DNA of 33,750 bases, from positions 25,998,510-26,032,259 of the forward strand of contig NC_068986.1 of NCBI RefSeq assembly GCF_001194135.2, read 5' to 3'. A program made the position numbers and the translations under genes. Each line of letters starts with the position of its first letter. The stretch's first letter is position 1. Source of the stretch: Octopus bimaculoides (taxonomy: Eukaryota). The notes beneath the pieces were generated by a model. It saw nothing but the letters and a program-made list of their open reading frames with translations, was not told the DNA's origin and did no database searches. This document shows positions 21,801 through 32,254 of this stretch, piece by piece.

Positions 21801-23594
21801 ATTTATTATCATTTCTATTGTTCATTTGCACATTCACTTCAATGAGAAAAAAAACAACTTTTTCATATAAAATATTTATATATTGTGTATGGCTGCTAAC
21901 AGATATTACACTAACATCACTGCATTGATCAGAGAGATGGTTAAAGATGGACAAATAGAGATGAGAAAGAGCTAAGAGAATATTTTATGTTGTTAGTCAG
22001 TCGTTATAAGCTCTCCTTCCCATCCTGAAGGCAGCTGTATTTCCAACTTCCTCAGTGAGCTTCACATCTGCCACTTAGACAGTGGAGATAACCTTTACTG
22101 CTGGCTGCCTAAGTTACTCTCATAGGTTCCATTGGTAACTATCACTTCCCTACTTCATGGAAAAACGTGGCTTATGAGCGAAGGGTAGACAACCCATCTG
22201 GTCAGGTATTCCAAAACCCCAGCATGGTTGGAACCCACTAAATGGAACAAGTAAAAAGAGTAAACAAAAGGAGCTTTGGCTTAATCACAAGGGAGATATG
22301 TGGTCTCTACAAACTACAACAAGGGTAACTTGTCTAGGAAAGTAATATCTCTGAAAGAATGGATACACAGTAGAATGAACACTTTAGTGCTAGGAAACAG
22401 ATTCTCTGATGCAGGTGACATTATAAAAGATATCCACCCATAAAATCATGTATAAAAGCACAAAAGAAGGTCATATATATATGTGGGGATTTTATTTTTA
22501 TTATGTGATGAAGGATGACAACAGATCTGCCAAACCTTTGCCAGCCTGGTAAAACAAATGTAAAATAATGATGTTGATGAATGTTTTTTTAAAATTTTCT
22601 TGGGCTTTATTAACTTTAATTTGTTGGTCTTTTTTTTTTTTTTAAATAATTTCTATTTCCATTAATTTAAGGTAACTTACACTTTTTTTTTATCTTTAAG
22701 CTTTTGGAGTTCGAACCTAAAGCTTCAGAACAAGTTCCACTATTAATGAAAATGAATAGGAATGAATTGGCATTGTCAAAGGCTATCAGTAGTGGTGATA
22801 CAGATCTTGGTAAGAGACAGCAGTCATTCACGTCATATTTTACTTAAAATTTGTTTAAGACTTTGGGGCATATTTTGTTGCCTGATCATATATAAATAGA
22901 GAAATTAGCCATAGAATCATAATATAGATGTTTCAATATTTACAATGGTAAATTTGTTGTGAATTCTCTGCAACTTGTATTTTTATATACTTGTACTGAC
23001 TATTCCACCAACTGAACAAAATTGTACTTATGTACAGGATAAAATCGGAGTTTGTGTTAAAAAAGAGCCATTTACCTCAAGAAGTCTTCCTAAAATGTCT
23101 TCTCTGCATAAAGAGACCAAATTGTTTCAACTGACACAATTTTCTGACAAAAATGTGGTAGGCCTAGTTACTTCAGTTAACTGCTTCCTTCACCTTATAA
23201 CTATAAAGGTAATCTGTTAACTATAAAGGTAGTCTGTTGTGTATCTGATATATATAGTAAGTGTAATTTCCTTCCAATCAACTTCTTATGGTGTTAATTA
23301 TGTAAGCACATGCTTGTTTTTGTTCTGATGGCTGGTTTTCTCTTTTATATTTCTTACATCACAGCATCAAAGTGACAAATTGACCAAATCATTAGAGCAG
23401 TGGACAAAATATTTTGCAATGTATATTCTCATGCCTTACACTGCAAGATCAAATTCTACTGAGGTCAACTTTGTCTTACATAATATTAGTTTGTCTTAGC
23501 CAAATTTAGATTGGAGCCTGGTGTTGCCATCCGGTTTTACCAGTCCTCAGTCAAGTCGTCCAACCCATGCTAGCATGGAAAGCGGACATTAAAC

Positions 23595-23643
<49 letters not shown>

Positions 23644-25915
23644 AGCAGTTAGCATCCATTTGCTACTTTCAGTTACTCCTCTGCAAATATGTGCCAAGGC
23701 ACTAAAGTCACATATTTGCAGAGTGGAAAATTTTATTGAGTTGACCTCCATACTTTGGGATGATGAAAGCAAAGTTGACCCCAGTTAAATTTCAACTTCA
23801 AACATAGACTGACAGTCTGCTATTTCTGCCTCTACTCCTCTACTATCATATTATAATTAATATATTAACACCATAACATAATCTTCATTTAATTTCTCTT
23901 TTTTTTTTTTGTTCTGCAGTATATACAGTTTTACTGAAATTACAGGACTCTAATTCGTCAGATTTTCCACGTCAAATCCGCAATATGCCAATGGCTTATT
24001 TCCTTTACTTACAGGTGAGTGTATTAGTAAACCTTCATACACGTTCTATCTCTGCCGTAAGGTATATGAATGTAGTAAATTCATTGCATTTGTAGTGAGT
24101 TTGTTTCAAGTGAAACTGCTGACCAAATGCACAATTATTAACCTTATGCACTAATTTCTTTTTTTGTTTGTTTATGTGTGTATTTTTACATTTGTTTCTT
24201 TCTGTTTGCAATATATTTATGGTTGGGCACTTTCAGATAATTTTTGCTGTCCACTTTTCCATGCTTGCATGGAGGAGATAGAATTCAATGAGATAAATTT
24301 TCTAGATTCTGGATGTCCTTCCTATCACCAACCCTTACTTGTTTCCATGCAAGGTCATATTTCCCCATGTCAGACATGTTTTCAGAGAAGGTTGAAAACA
24401 AAAGGCACTGCTTATAAGACAGTGGCACTTACAACTACCAAATGTTATCAAGACAAAGAGAGAGACACACACACATACGCACATGTTCACATACCTACAA
24501 GCGCATATACACATAAGCTTCTTTCATTTTCTCTCTACCAAATCTACTCACAAGTCTTTAGTCAGCCCATGTCTCTAGTAGAAGGCACGTGCCTTGCTGT
24601 GGGACTGAACTCAGAATCACATTGCTGAGGAGCAAATTTATTAACCTCATGACCATGCCTGTGCCTCACAGACATGTCTGCGCCTGTACTGGTTTAGAAT
24701 TTTCTGGCAAGCACTGGAGACAACTGCACACATGTTTTGGTCTTATTCTGACCTCCTCAATGACGTATAACCACCCCATACTTAACTAAGTAATTATGAA
24801 TGAATCACTCTAATTTTGGTTAATTTTGTATTAACAGTATTGTCGCAAACAGAACCGCAAGGAACTTCAGAACATGTATTATACAGAAGATAACTATTTA
24901 GAAGATGGCTTATGTCACATAATTGATAGTTTCAGTTACGAAGTAAGTATTGATTTGGTTTTAATTCTGGCATATTCTTTAATTGATATTCATCTTGATG
25001 CTAGCCTAGTATCATCATCATCATCATCATCATCATCGTTTAACGTCCGCTTTCCATGCTAGCATGGGTTGGACGATTTGACTGAGGACTGGTGAAACCG
25101 GATAGCAACACCAGGCTCCAATCTAATTTGGCAGTATATATATATATATATATATATATATATNNNNNNNNNNNNNNNNNNNNNNNNNNNNNNNNNNNNN
25201 NNNNNNNNNNNNNNNNNNNNNNNNNNNNNNNNNNNNNNNNNNNNNNNNNNNNNNNNNNNNNNNNNNNNNNNNNNNNNNNNNNNNNNNNNNNNNNNNNNNN
25301 NNNNNNNNNNNNNNNNNNNNNNNNNNNNNNNNNNNNNNNNNNNNNNNNNNNNNNNNNNNNNNNNNNNNNNNNNNNNNNNNNNNNNNNNNNNNNNNNNNNN
25401 NNNNNNNNNNNNNNNCTAACTGGCTTTCATTGTGAAGCAAATTTTCAAGAAGGAGAATGATAATGTTTTTTACAAAGAAGTACAAAAAGACGAAAATAAT
25501 ATATAAAAAAAATAATATATAAAAAAATAAATATACCAGTACATTATATTGTCTTTGAGCTTTTGAAATTCAATGGTAGTTCATGTATATAATGGTTGGA
25601 AAAATAAGGATGCATGAGAATTGAGAATTGTGTTAGGTTTAAAAAAAGGGTTAAAAGTTTGTGTTAAGCAGGAAGTGTGTGTAAGGGGAGACAAATGTTT
25701 TTAGTTGGAGTTATGAACTCTTTTTCAGCAGGAAGTTTATGTCTGTTCCTAGAGAAATAAGGTCTCTGAGGGGTATGTGTGTTAAGAAATGGTTGGATAT
25801 CTTGTTTTTTAGTGTAATTTTGCTACCTCTGGTAACTATTAACATATTTACATTATCAAAGGTTTATTTAAAAACTGAGATAATATTAATATATACATAA
25901 ACTAATATATATTTG

Positions 25916-25948
<33 letters not shown>

Positions 25949-26019
25949 ATATATGTATAAATATATATATATATGTATATATATATGTATGTATATATAT
26001 ATGTATGTATATATATATT

Positions 26020-26082
<63 letters not shown>

Positions 26083-29000
26083 GTTTGGATCCATGCTAAA
26101 AATCATTTTCATTTCCGTACAAATATGTTTTATTGTTATTGCAGCGATTAGAGGACCGAATGTGTGCGCTTAAAGATGCTGTGATTCGTTTTAATAAATC
26201 GAAAAATGAATTCATCACTAAGGTAAGCAACTTTTAATTTTGAAATTCAAAAAATACAAGCTCATTTGTCATGAGAACTGAATCTTCCTCTTATTTGGGG
26301 TATACCAATTGAACATATGATTACAGCTGGGATGCCTTTGATCTGAGGTTGCTTGACCAGGGCTCACTTGTGTCTAAGCAACAGTTCTAACCCTTTAACA
26401 TCTACTCTGTCAAATGTAATGATCATTTATTCACATTGCTTTGAATTAATCATGCATTGTCTTGTAGGTTTAAGATTTTGATGATGTGATTGTTTTTCAA
26501 ATAACATTTTAGGGTAGGTATGAAAAGCTGAATCTGGCTAGTTTGAACATAAAACAGGTAGAATATTTTGGCTAGATATGGTTGGTTTAAATCATAAAGG
26601 GTTAAATAATTATTAAAAGTAGTACAACAGGTTTTTATAGGAGAAATTTAGAAAATCTATTTGACAATAGATTTTACAATGTATTCACTGATGTGTCAAA
26701 TCTTTTATTTATTATTGGCACTCACTCAATCAGCAAACAGAAGAACAAATCAAGTTGCTGGATATGCAGCAGAAATTTGAAGAGGAGTTTAACCGGCATT
26801 ATATCGACCTGACTTTACACGAGACAATACATCAATTGATTGTGGATGATAAGCTGAAACAAGCTGAGTTTATGCGGAAAACTTTTAAAGTTCCTGACAG
26901 AAGGTAAACTCATGCATACTTGAAAAATATTTTCTATATATTTTTGAATTCTGATATTCAGCTAAACATTCTTGTTAGCTATGCTATGGTATCACGAGTA
27001 TTATTTTGTTGTCATTTTGCCCAAGTTCCTGTTGAACCTTGCTTTTCATATGCTCTTTTGAATATACAGATAACATAATATTGATTTCTTGCATATCAAA
27101 TGTTATTGTTTCATTGAAGCCATTGGGCCTAACTCTAACTATAACTAATTGATACCTCTCAATAGAATAAACATTTTAATATCTGTTGAATTATCTCTAA
27201 TTAATCAACATTTGGTTGTTATTGAAGAATTTACAAATTCCTCCAATAATGATACTCTATATTTAACCAAGAAGAGTGTTAGTATTATTGTAAGGCTTAT
27301 AGCGTTCCAAACAGCCATACCAACAAAATCACTCCTTTTTTTTTTTTTTTTTTTATTATACCAGTATATTAAAAAATTTTCATTTCATTAAAAATATTCA
27401 TTTAACAAACTCCAGAAAATGATATTATTCTTGAAATTGTGCTTTGTATCATAAGCCTCAAAGTTATATATCTATTTTGTCTATTAGCATTCATTCATTC
27501 AATAAATAATGTTTTTACATTATGTATATAGAATAAACTGTGGGTTTTGCAAATAAAAAATTAAAATGAATGTATATTGAATTATCATTAATGAAAATAG
27601 AGGCGAGAAAGAGTGAGAGACTGTTGCAAATGAATAATATTGTTTATCAAAGATTAAAGTCTACTCTGCAGTGAATGCAATAAATATTTAAATGTGTGAA
27701 AAACTTGTAGTTCAAATATTCAATAAACTTCAGAAATCGAAATTACAGAAAATTTCTTGGAACATGAATCTATAAAAAAGTTTCCAGACAATCAAACCTT
27801 TAATAATTGCTTTCTTAGTTAAAAAGCAGCTTTCTCCATTATAATATTAAAAAAATTCACAAATATATTTAAATATGCTTACTGTTAACTCTATTGTATT
27901 ACTACTATTTTCCATTTTACGTATATTTTTCTCTTAATTTGTTCATTTCTTGACAGGTTTTGGTGGTTAAAAATCAATGCCCTTGCACAATCTCATTTAT
28001 GGGGTGAATTAGACAAATTTTCCAGAACTAAAAAGCCACCCATTGGAATGGAGGTAAAACACTGATTCTTTATTTCTTTATGAAAGACAAAATAGAAGAT
28101 ATTTTAAAATATTCTGTTAGAATTTTCTTTTTATTTCTGACCGTTTGTTGATTTTTTGTTAAATTATTTAATCTACTTTTTTTCCTTCAGTTTCTTTTAA
28201 ACATTTGTTCTCATTTGTTGTTTTAATTATCAATTTCCTCAGGCCTTTGTTGATGTGTGCATGAAACATAAAAATCCTGATGAAGCACGAAAATATATTC
28301 CACGGGTTCATCCTGAAAATAAGGTCCGCTGTTTATTGAAAACTGGGTAAGGATCACAATTTTCATGATCATCATTATCATTTAACATTTGTCCATATTC
28401 CATGCTGGCATGGGTTAGACAGTTTGACAGAATCCAATGGGTCTAAAGACAGCATCAAGCTCCAGTGTTTGTTTTAGCATGGTTTTTGCAGGTGCATGCC
28501 CTTAAACCACTTGCAGCATGTATCAGTCTTTTTTTTTATGCCAAGTTGCATGCAGCTTTTGAGACTATGAAATTCAGGTGGGGAGGCAGCATTTATGCAG
28601 AAAGAGATGAGGGTATAGAATATGGAAGAAGGGAAGGAGACAGAGACAAGCATGGTTACTCACCTTTAAGAGAGATAGTGAGAATGACCAGTAAGAGCTG
28701 CACGTCCAGGTACCTTATTTTAAAAGTTTCAAAAGTTATTTAAAACTTTTATAGATAACGCATATCACAATTATAAAATTACCATTGCCTCATTAGCATC
28801 ATCATTGTTAAATAAATGCTTCTTGGAGGTTATCCAAACTCTCACTTTGCATTCATTTTTCATGAGACTACCTAGAGAGCATGGAACCATATCTAAGGTA
28901 TTTTCTACTTTAACTACTGCAGGCAAAATTTGCTACATCTTAACCATATAAAATAATATGTTTATGTCTGTGCTTTTTTTAATTTTTTTTTTATTTTGGG

Positions 29001-29647
29001 ATCTGTGATAACAAAATTCACTTGATAATCAGGTCGTTTCAAATTCTATCATTGTGTGGCACCTTGAACAAATGTCTTCTAATGCCTTATGAATGAAATT
29101 GGCAGCAGGAAACTGTATGGAAGCCCACTGTGTGTGTGCTCATATTTTCCATGTCTCTATGCATGACATTGGTTTGGATGGTAGTGCTGTTATTTTTACT
29201 TTTGTAAGCAATATGTCCTGCAGCTCAGTTTGGGCAATTGAAGACCAATGGAATAAAAATCATCATCATCATCATCGTTGTCGTTTAACGTCCGCTCTCC
29301 ATGCTAGCATGGGTTGGACGATTTGACTGAGGACTGGTGAAACCAGATGGCTACACCAGGCTCCAATCTGATTTGGCAAAGTTTCTACGGCTGGATGCCC
29401 TTCCTAACGCCAACCACTCAGAGAGTGTAGTGGGTGCTTTTACGTGTCACCCGCACGAAAGCCAGTCAGGCGGTACTGGCAACGGCCATGCTCAAGATGG
29501 TGTATTTTATGTGCCACCTGCACAAGAGCCAGTCCAGGGGCACTAGCAACGATCTCACTCATGTATATATATATCTGGATGTTTTGTTGTTCCTTTCTTG
29601 TATTACCTGTCTGAATGTTTTGCGTTCCTGTTTCATTTTGTATTATT

Positions 29648-29720
<73 letters not shown>

Positions 29721-30955
29721 CGGCGCACATACACTTTGTCTCTCTCTCTCTATATATATATATATGTATATTGAAAAGCAATAGTTGGCAACAGGAAGGG
29801 CATCCAGCCATTGAATATTGCCTCAATTCTCCTCCAACTTATGCAAGCATGGAAGAACTTATTACTGTATTTGATGGCACAAAAAACATGAGCTTATTAG
29901 ATGCACCCTGGTTTTAGAAGTACACATTCAGGAAAAAAAGTGTTTAATGCATTAAACTATGTAATATTTAAAGCATTCTAACAGTACATTACAAAACAAA
30001 GGTATTTTAGGTATAGCAGAAAACATAAAAAGTAAGTTCACAGTATTCAGATCATCTTGATTAAAATTAGCCTGTAGTTGTAAGCGTCAGGGACAAAAGT
30101 AGCTTATGGGAGGCCCAACTTCATGTATATGACCTAGGGTGACTTGGTGGGGATAAAAGTACATCTTATACACCATTAGATATGGCAGCTTGTACAAGTC
30201 AATTCTTTTAGTATTGATTCTTGGGTGCAATATGATGTGAGCTGGAATCATTTGTTATCTATCTGGTTACCAAAATTATGCATCTTGTTCAGAACTTATA
30301 TAAACAAACATTGAAGGAAGTAATTACTTTCAATGAATAATCAATGATTTATTTATTCATTAACAATATTTTTTTTTCAAAAAGTTACTGAGGAATCCTT
30401 CATGTGGAAATATCTTCAGACCAGCATATCACTCTTGAAATTAAATTAATGGCTATAGAAATTCTAATAACATGATTTGTCAAAGCTGATACTTCACAAG
30501 CAATTACAGTATGGAAGACTCATTTTAGCCAATCAAAAAAATACAAACTTCACTTAGCTTCACTTAATTATTTATTATTTGGTGTCAAGAATTTTCTTCA
30601 AACCATCAGCAACCTAATCACTGATGTAATTCTATTGCAATTTCACTAAAATCTTTGAAACCTAATTCTTCTGAACTTATTTTACCACACCAGTTAACAC
30701 CACTGTTAAGTAAATATAACACTGAGTGGAATTATGTTATTTTATTTTTTTTCATGTTCTGAGATCTAATTTGCTTCTTACATAAGACATTTTTGGTTTA
30801 CTTTTTTCTGCAGGCAACTGAAGGAAGCTGCTGATGCTGCATTTGAGAATCGCAATGAAGACGAACTAAATATAGTGCTATCTAAATGTAGTACATCTAA
30901 TCCAGGTTTGATGGAAAGGATTAAAGGATTAAAAGCTCAGTTGTCTAAAAAGTGA
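3805..30955 (+). CDS. VPS16: Vacuolar protein sorting-associated protein 16 (HOPS/CORVET core subunit); whole spliced CDS, 23 coding exons, 828 aa
   Basis: Exons joined by hand total 2487 nt with consistent phases. The translation matches VPS16 throughout ([80 protein letters not shown]). Confidence 0.98.
6420..6555 (+). mobile_element. SINE fragment nested in the hAT relic
   Basis: ggttcagtcccactg...ttggacaagtgtcttctgctatagcc...gaaactgaaagaagccc, shared with 11097-11495 and 9770-9900. Confidence 0.7.
6779..7123 (+). pseudogene. Tc1/mariner transposase N-terminal (HTH) remnant
   Basis: [30 protein letters not shown]...[19 protein letters not shown]...[30 protein letters not shown] resembles the Tc1 paired-like DNA-binding domain. 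One in-frame TGA at 7043-7045. Confidence 0.75.
7124..7598 (+). pseudogene. hAT transposase remnant (CxxH region and C-terminal dimerisation domain)
   Basis: [45 protein letters not shown], followed in another frame by [35 protein letters not shown], with stops and a frameshift. Confidence 0.82.
8255..8349 (+). CDS. VPS16: VPS16 exon 2
   Basis: (R)[31 protein letters not shown](A); ttgcag / GTGAGC. Confidence 0.95.
8407..8600 (+). mobile_element. SINE, family A (ctggcagaa..gttagca..ttctgagttcaaattc..gactttgcctttcatcc)
   Basis: Multi-copy in the window: also about 10800-11000(-), 15470-15626(-), 16332-16546(+), 17205-17385(+), 17717-17850(+), 23645-23800(-). Confidence 0.8.
9040..9430 (-). 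mobile_element. Degenerate LINE AP-endonuclease fragment
   Basis: A minus-strand frame reads [11 protein letters not shown]...LSDVVSIRE, resembling the K(I/F)A(T/S)WNVR..D(I/V)..(Q/S)E start of RTE/LINE endonucleases. Many stops. Confidence 0.4.
9569..9666 (+). CDS. VPS16: VPS16 exon 3
   Basis: (A)[32 protein letters not shown]; poly-T ag / GTAAGT. Confidence 0.93.
9770..10150 (+). mobile_element. SINE with internal (TG)n and 3' tail module
   Basis: gtgtggtatgaagcttgcttccc...ggatttggtagacagaaactga, then (TG)n, then tail ccccagcatggcc...aaaagataaaaag shared with 16990-17200. Confidence 0.7.
10273..10401 (+). CDS. VPS16: VPS16 exon 4
   Basis: [43 protein letters not shown]; gtcag / GTAAGT. 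Confidence 0.95.
10499..10643 (+). CDS. VPS16: VPS16 exon 5
   Basis: [48 protein letters not shown](G); ttccag / GTGAGT; preceded by a 97-nt intron. Confidence 0.95.
10800..11000 (-). mobile_element. SINE, family A
   Basis: Reverse complement of the 8407-8600 family. Confidence 0.75.
11097..11495 (+). mobile_element. SINE, near full length, with catgcaagcatgg..(GAT)n-like 3' end
   Basis: Head ggagtggctgtgtggtaag...gggttcagtccc; tail shared with other repeats in the window. Confidence 0.75.
11645..12034 (+). mobile_element. Full-length tRNA-derived SINE with TSD
   Basis: A box TGGCCCAGTGG (11657-11667), B box GGTTTCGATTCC (11700-11711), (CAA)n/A tail, and 11-bp TSD ATTCTACATCA at 11634-11644 and 12035-12045. 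Confidence 0.9.
12206..12324 (+). CDS. VPS16: VPS16 exon 6
   Basis: (G)[39 protein letters not shown]; ttcag / GTAAGC. Confidence 0.92.
12828..12950 (+). CDS. VPS16: VPS16 exon 7
   Basis: [41 protein letters not shown]; tgtag / GTAATT. Confidence 0.92.
13174..13405 (+). mobile_element. Family B repeat (modular gtggcacgtaaaaagcacc units), 3'-truncated
   Basis: Shares cccactacactc..gagtggttggcgttaggaa.ggcatccagc with 14305-14620, 16546-16987, 20846-21014 and 29261-29560(-). Confidence 0.8.
13541..13596 (+). CDS. VPS16: VPS16 exon 8
   Basis: [18 protein letters not shown](W); ttacag / GTAAAT. Confidence 0.9.
14118..14192 (+). CDS. VPS16: VPS16 exon 9 (ends at a U12 AT donor)
   Basis: (W)[24 protein letters not shown](S); gtcag / ATATCCTT. 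Confidence 0.92.
14305..14620 (+). mobile_element. Family B repeat with (GAT)n tail, inside the U12 intron
   Basis: High similarity to 16660-16987; ends catggaaggcagacattaaatgatgatgatgatg. Confidence 0.85.
15282..15307. repeat. (GGATT)5 pentanucleotide repeat
   Basis: ggattggattggattggattggattg. Confidence 0.9.
15470..15626 (-). mobile_element. SINE, family A, inside the U12 intron
   Basis: Reverse complement of the 16332-16500 family. Confidence 0.75.
15748..15842 (+). CDS. VPS16: VPS16 exon 10 (starts after a U12 AC acceptor)
   Basis: (S)[31 protein letters not shown](D); donor GTAAGT. Confidence 0.92.
15964..16040 (+). CDS. VPS16: VPS16 exon 11
   Basis: (D)[25 protein letters not shown]; ctcag / GTAAGT. 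Confidence 0.94.
16303..17385 (+). mobile_element. Stacked repeat cluster: (CA)n + family A SINE + family B repeat + SINE tail + family A SINE
   Basis: Abutting copies of families seen elsewhere in the window fill most of VPS16 intron 11. Confidence 0.8.
17490..17612 (+). CDS. VPS16: VPS16 exon 12 (ends at an inferred GC donor)
   Basis: [41 protein letters not shown]; accag / GCTGGT. Confidence 0.88.
17613..18870 (+). other. VPS16: GC-AG intron, VPS16 intron 12
   Basis: Only AAG|GC joined to cgcag|GCC gives the conserved QKELLK-AAVFGK. The nearby GT at 17617 adds 4 nt and shifts the frame. Confidence 0.78.
18060..18186. mobile_element. Tc1/mariner-type MITE, 127 bp
   Basis: 27-bp TIRs CAAGGTGTCCACAAGGTCTGGGTACAT / rc CAGGGTGTCCACAAAGTCTGGGTACAT (25/27), flanked by TA on both sides. 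Confidence 0.9.
18871..18998 (+). CDS. VPS16: VPS16 exon 13 (ends at a U12 GT donor)
   Basis: [42 protein letters not shown](Q); ttcgcag / GTATCCTT. Confidence 0.95.
18999..19953 (+). other. VPS16: U12-type GT-AG intron, VPS16 intron 13
   Basis: 5' GTATCCTTC, branch site TTCCTTAAT at 19935-19943, AG at 19952-19953, phase 2 (CA+A = Q). Confidence 0.93.
19954..20098 (+). CDS. VPS16: VPS16 exon 14
   Basis: (Q)[48 protein letters not shown]; donor GTACAG. Confidence 0.94.
20340..20650 (+). mobile_element. RTE-clade LINE ORF C-terminal fragment
   Basis: [20 protein letters not shown]...[20 protein letters not shown]...WERFAQD matches the RLPK..LYGEL..G.R..G...KR.KD.LK..LK...WE..AQDR motif of RTE/BovB-like ORFs. 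Confidence 0.8.
20846..21014 (+). mobile_element. Family B 3' fragment with (GAT)n tail
   Basis: actacactctcagagtggttgg...cggacattaaacaatgatgatgat. Confidence 0.85.
21102..21236 (+). CDS. VPS16: VPS16 exon 15
   Basis: [45 protein letters not shown]; cacag / GTGCAG. Confidence 0.95.
21480..21665 (-). mobile_element. 5' half of the tRNA-derived SINE
   Basis: Reverse complement of about 11645-11830, including the A and B boxes. Confidence 0.8.
22701..22809 (+). CDS. VPS16: VPS16 exon 16
   Basis: [36 protein letters not shown](V); ttaag / GTAAGA. Confidence 0.95.
23499..23642 (+). mobile_element. Family B 3' fragment with long (GAT)n tail
   Basis: gccaaatttagattggagcctgg...gcggacattaaac(GAT)16. 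Confidence 0.88.
23920..24014 (+). CDS. VPS16: VPS16 exon 17
   Basis: (V)[31 protein letters not shown]; ctgcag / GTGAGT. Confidence 0.93.
24330..24670 (-). mobile_element. SINE, same family as 11097-11495
   Basis: ctctctaccaaatctactcacaag...gtagaaggcacgtgcc..gtgggactgaac is the reverse complement of the family head. Confidence 0.7.
24838..24942 (+). CDS. VPS16: VPS16 exon 18
   Basis: [35 protein letters not shown]; taacag / GTAAGT. Confidence 0.93.
25011..25132 (-). mobile_element. Family B 3' fragment, inverted relative to 23499-23642
   Basis: (ATC)n then gtttaacgtccgctttccatgctagcatggg...ccaggctccaatctaatttggc; truncated by (TA)n and the gap. Confidence 0.88.
25164..25415. other. Assembly gap (252 N) after a (TA)n run
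   Basis: Run of N. Confidence 1.
25900..26080. repeat. Compound (TA)n/(TG)n microsatellite
   Basis: Visible dinucleotide runs. Confidence 0.95.
26145..26222 (+). CDS. VPS16: VPS16 exon 19
   Basis: [26 protein letters not shown]; ttgcag / GTAAGC. Confidence 0.92.
26391..26601. mobile_element. piggyBac-like non-autonomous element
   Basis: Termini CCCTTTA...TAAAGGG, flanked by CTAA (left) and TTAA (right). Confidence 0.6.
26734..26903 (+). CDS. VPS16: VPS16 exon 20
   Basis: [56 protein letters not shown](R); atcag / GTAAAC. Confidence 0.94.
27957..28053 (+). CDS. VPS16: VPS16 exon 21
   Basis: (R)[32 protein letters not shown]; gacag / GTAAAA. Confidence 0.95.
28243..28346 (+). CDS. VPS16: VPS16 exon 22
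   Basis: [34 protein letters not shown](G); ctcag / GTAAGG. Confidence 0.95.
29261..29560 (-). mobile_element. Family B repeat
   Basis: catcatcatcatcgttgtcgtttaacgtccgc...gtagtgggtgcttttacgtg is the reverse complement of the family. Confidence 0.85.
29646..29770. repeat. (TA)n/(CT)n microsatellite
   Basis: Visible dinucleotide runs. Confidence 0.95.
30814..30955 (+). CDS. VPS16: VPS16 exon 23 (terminal coding exon)
   Basis: (G)[46 protein letters not shown]; ctgcag acceptor, TGA at 30953-30955. Confidence 0.94.
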
Positions 30956-31416
30956 TGTTTCAGCCAGCTTAACACCATAGCACTTTAACCTCTTTGCATA
31001 TTCATTTTGAAGCAATTCACATAATCGAGAACACAGTTAAAATTTTAACAAGCCAAATTTTAAACTTATTTTCGGTTAAATATTTAACTGATCCATCTTA
31101 AAATGTTTATGAATCTTCATTTGAAAAAATATATTTTCCAAAACATTTTGTTCTCTTAAACAACTGTTCCAAATTATACTGACACACTCAGACAGTGTTA
31201 CTCAAGAACATTTCATTATTAAAATATTTTATATGCTTGTCAAATAATTACAAGAAAACTAACTGTACAATGTCTATATTATAAATGACTTTTATACAGA
31301 TAATTGGATTTTTTTTTAACCATTAAACTATTGATAAGTTACAATAATGACTTTAGCCAGCCAACTTATACTTTTGTTTATCTGTTGTTATTTTAAGTTT
31401 TTGCTAAAGCCAGTTA

Positions 31417-31420
<4 letters not shown>

Positions 31421-31450
<30 letters not shown>
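31421..31450. repeat. (TA)n microsatellite in the probable VPS16 3' UTR
   Basis: Visible dinucleotide run. Confidence 0.9.
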
Positions 31451-31453
<3 letters not shown>

Positions 31454-31910
31454 CTTCTTCTTTTTTTCCCCCCTATTTTTAAATCTGTGATAAATAAGAT
31501 TTATGAGTGGAGTTTGCTTCACTAACTTTGTAAAGTCAAAATTCATCTTCAAAAGAAGAGAGAAAAAATCCCAGCAGGAATATGAAGAATAAATGAGATT
31601 TTGATTACCTGGAATATTTTTTGTTTTCAGTGAATGTCAAAAAAAAAATTTCATGCAACTTCGCTTTTTTTTATGTAGCTTTGTCATATTCTTGTGAAGG
31701 CAAAGCTTTTTTTTTTTTTTACTATATAACTGCCACTACCACCGCCCCCTTTTAGTTTTAGTTTTTTATTGATGTGCCCAGCTTTTTTTTTTTTTTTTTC
31801 AGCAAAGCCACAGTTTCAAAATAACTGTTGAAAATCTGTCACATTTTGAAAGAATACAATCATTTTTCTTTCCCTTCACCAATTGCATATTTTTCTTGAT
31901 TAATTTATAT

Positions 31911-31916
31911 AATAAA
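31911..31916 (+). terminator. Candidate VPS16 polyadenylation signal
   Basis: AATAAA followed by a GT/T-rich tract. An alternative AATAAA lies at 31588-31593. Confidence 0.4.
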
Positions 31917-32254
31917 CTTATTTTATAAACCTGTTATGTTTCTTGTTTAGTATAATCTTCTCAAATAATATCCAAATACTTTCTTTTGAAAGGTAAAATA
32001 ATTAATTGGATAGCTTATTTGTCAACCAGCTAACGTGTCCATAGCTCAAATGCCATGCAGGGTACATAAATATTGATGCTGGCAAGAATTACACATATCA
32101 AATTCAAATACAAGGAGCCAGTATACTGTTATTTAACCTGCAAGAAATGGCAGTCAAATCTTCCTCAAATTATGCTTGCACAGTTTTAAAAAGCAACAGG
32201 TACAATGGATTATATATTTAGCACATAATAGAAATGTTTTACGTTTACGAATTT

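Noticed and set aside
21960-22460. Possible LINE 5' UTR or embedded ribozyme in intron 15
   Set aside because: It looks repeat-like, but I could not identify a diagnostic motif or fold by eye.
23551-23772. ORF with a poly-histidine tract
   Set aside because: It is the antisense reading of the (GAT)n retroelement tail, not a protein.
25864-26173. IYIY/YIYI-rich ORFs (also 25092-25485, 29434-29917, 9741-9932)
   Set aside because: They are translations of (TA)n/(TG)n microsatellites or run through N gaps.
28277-28292. Hammerhead-like CTGATGA...GAAA core
   Set aside because: It lies in VPS16 exon 22 codons, has no stem II, and I see no flanking stems.
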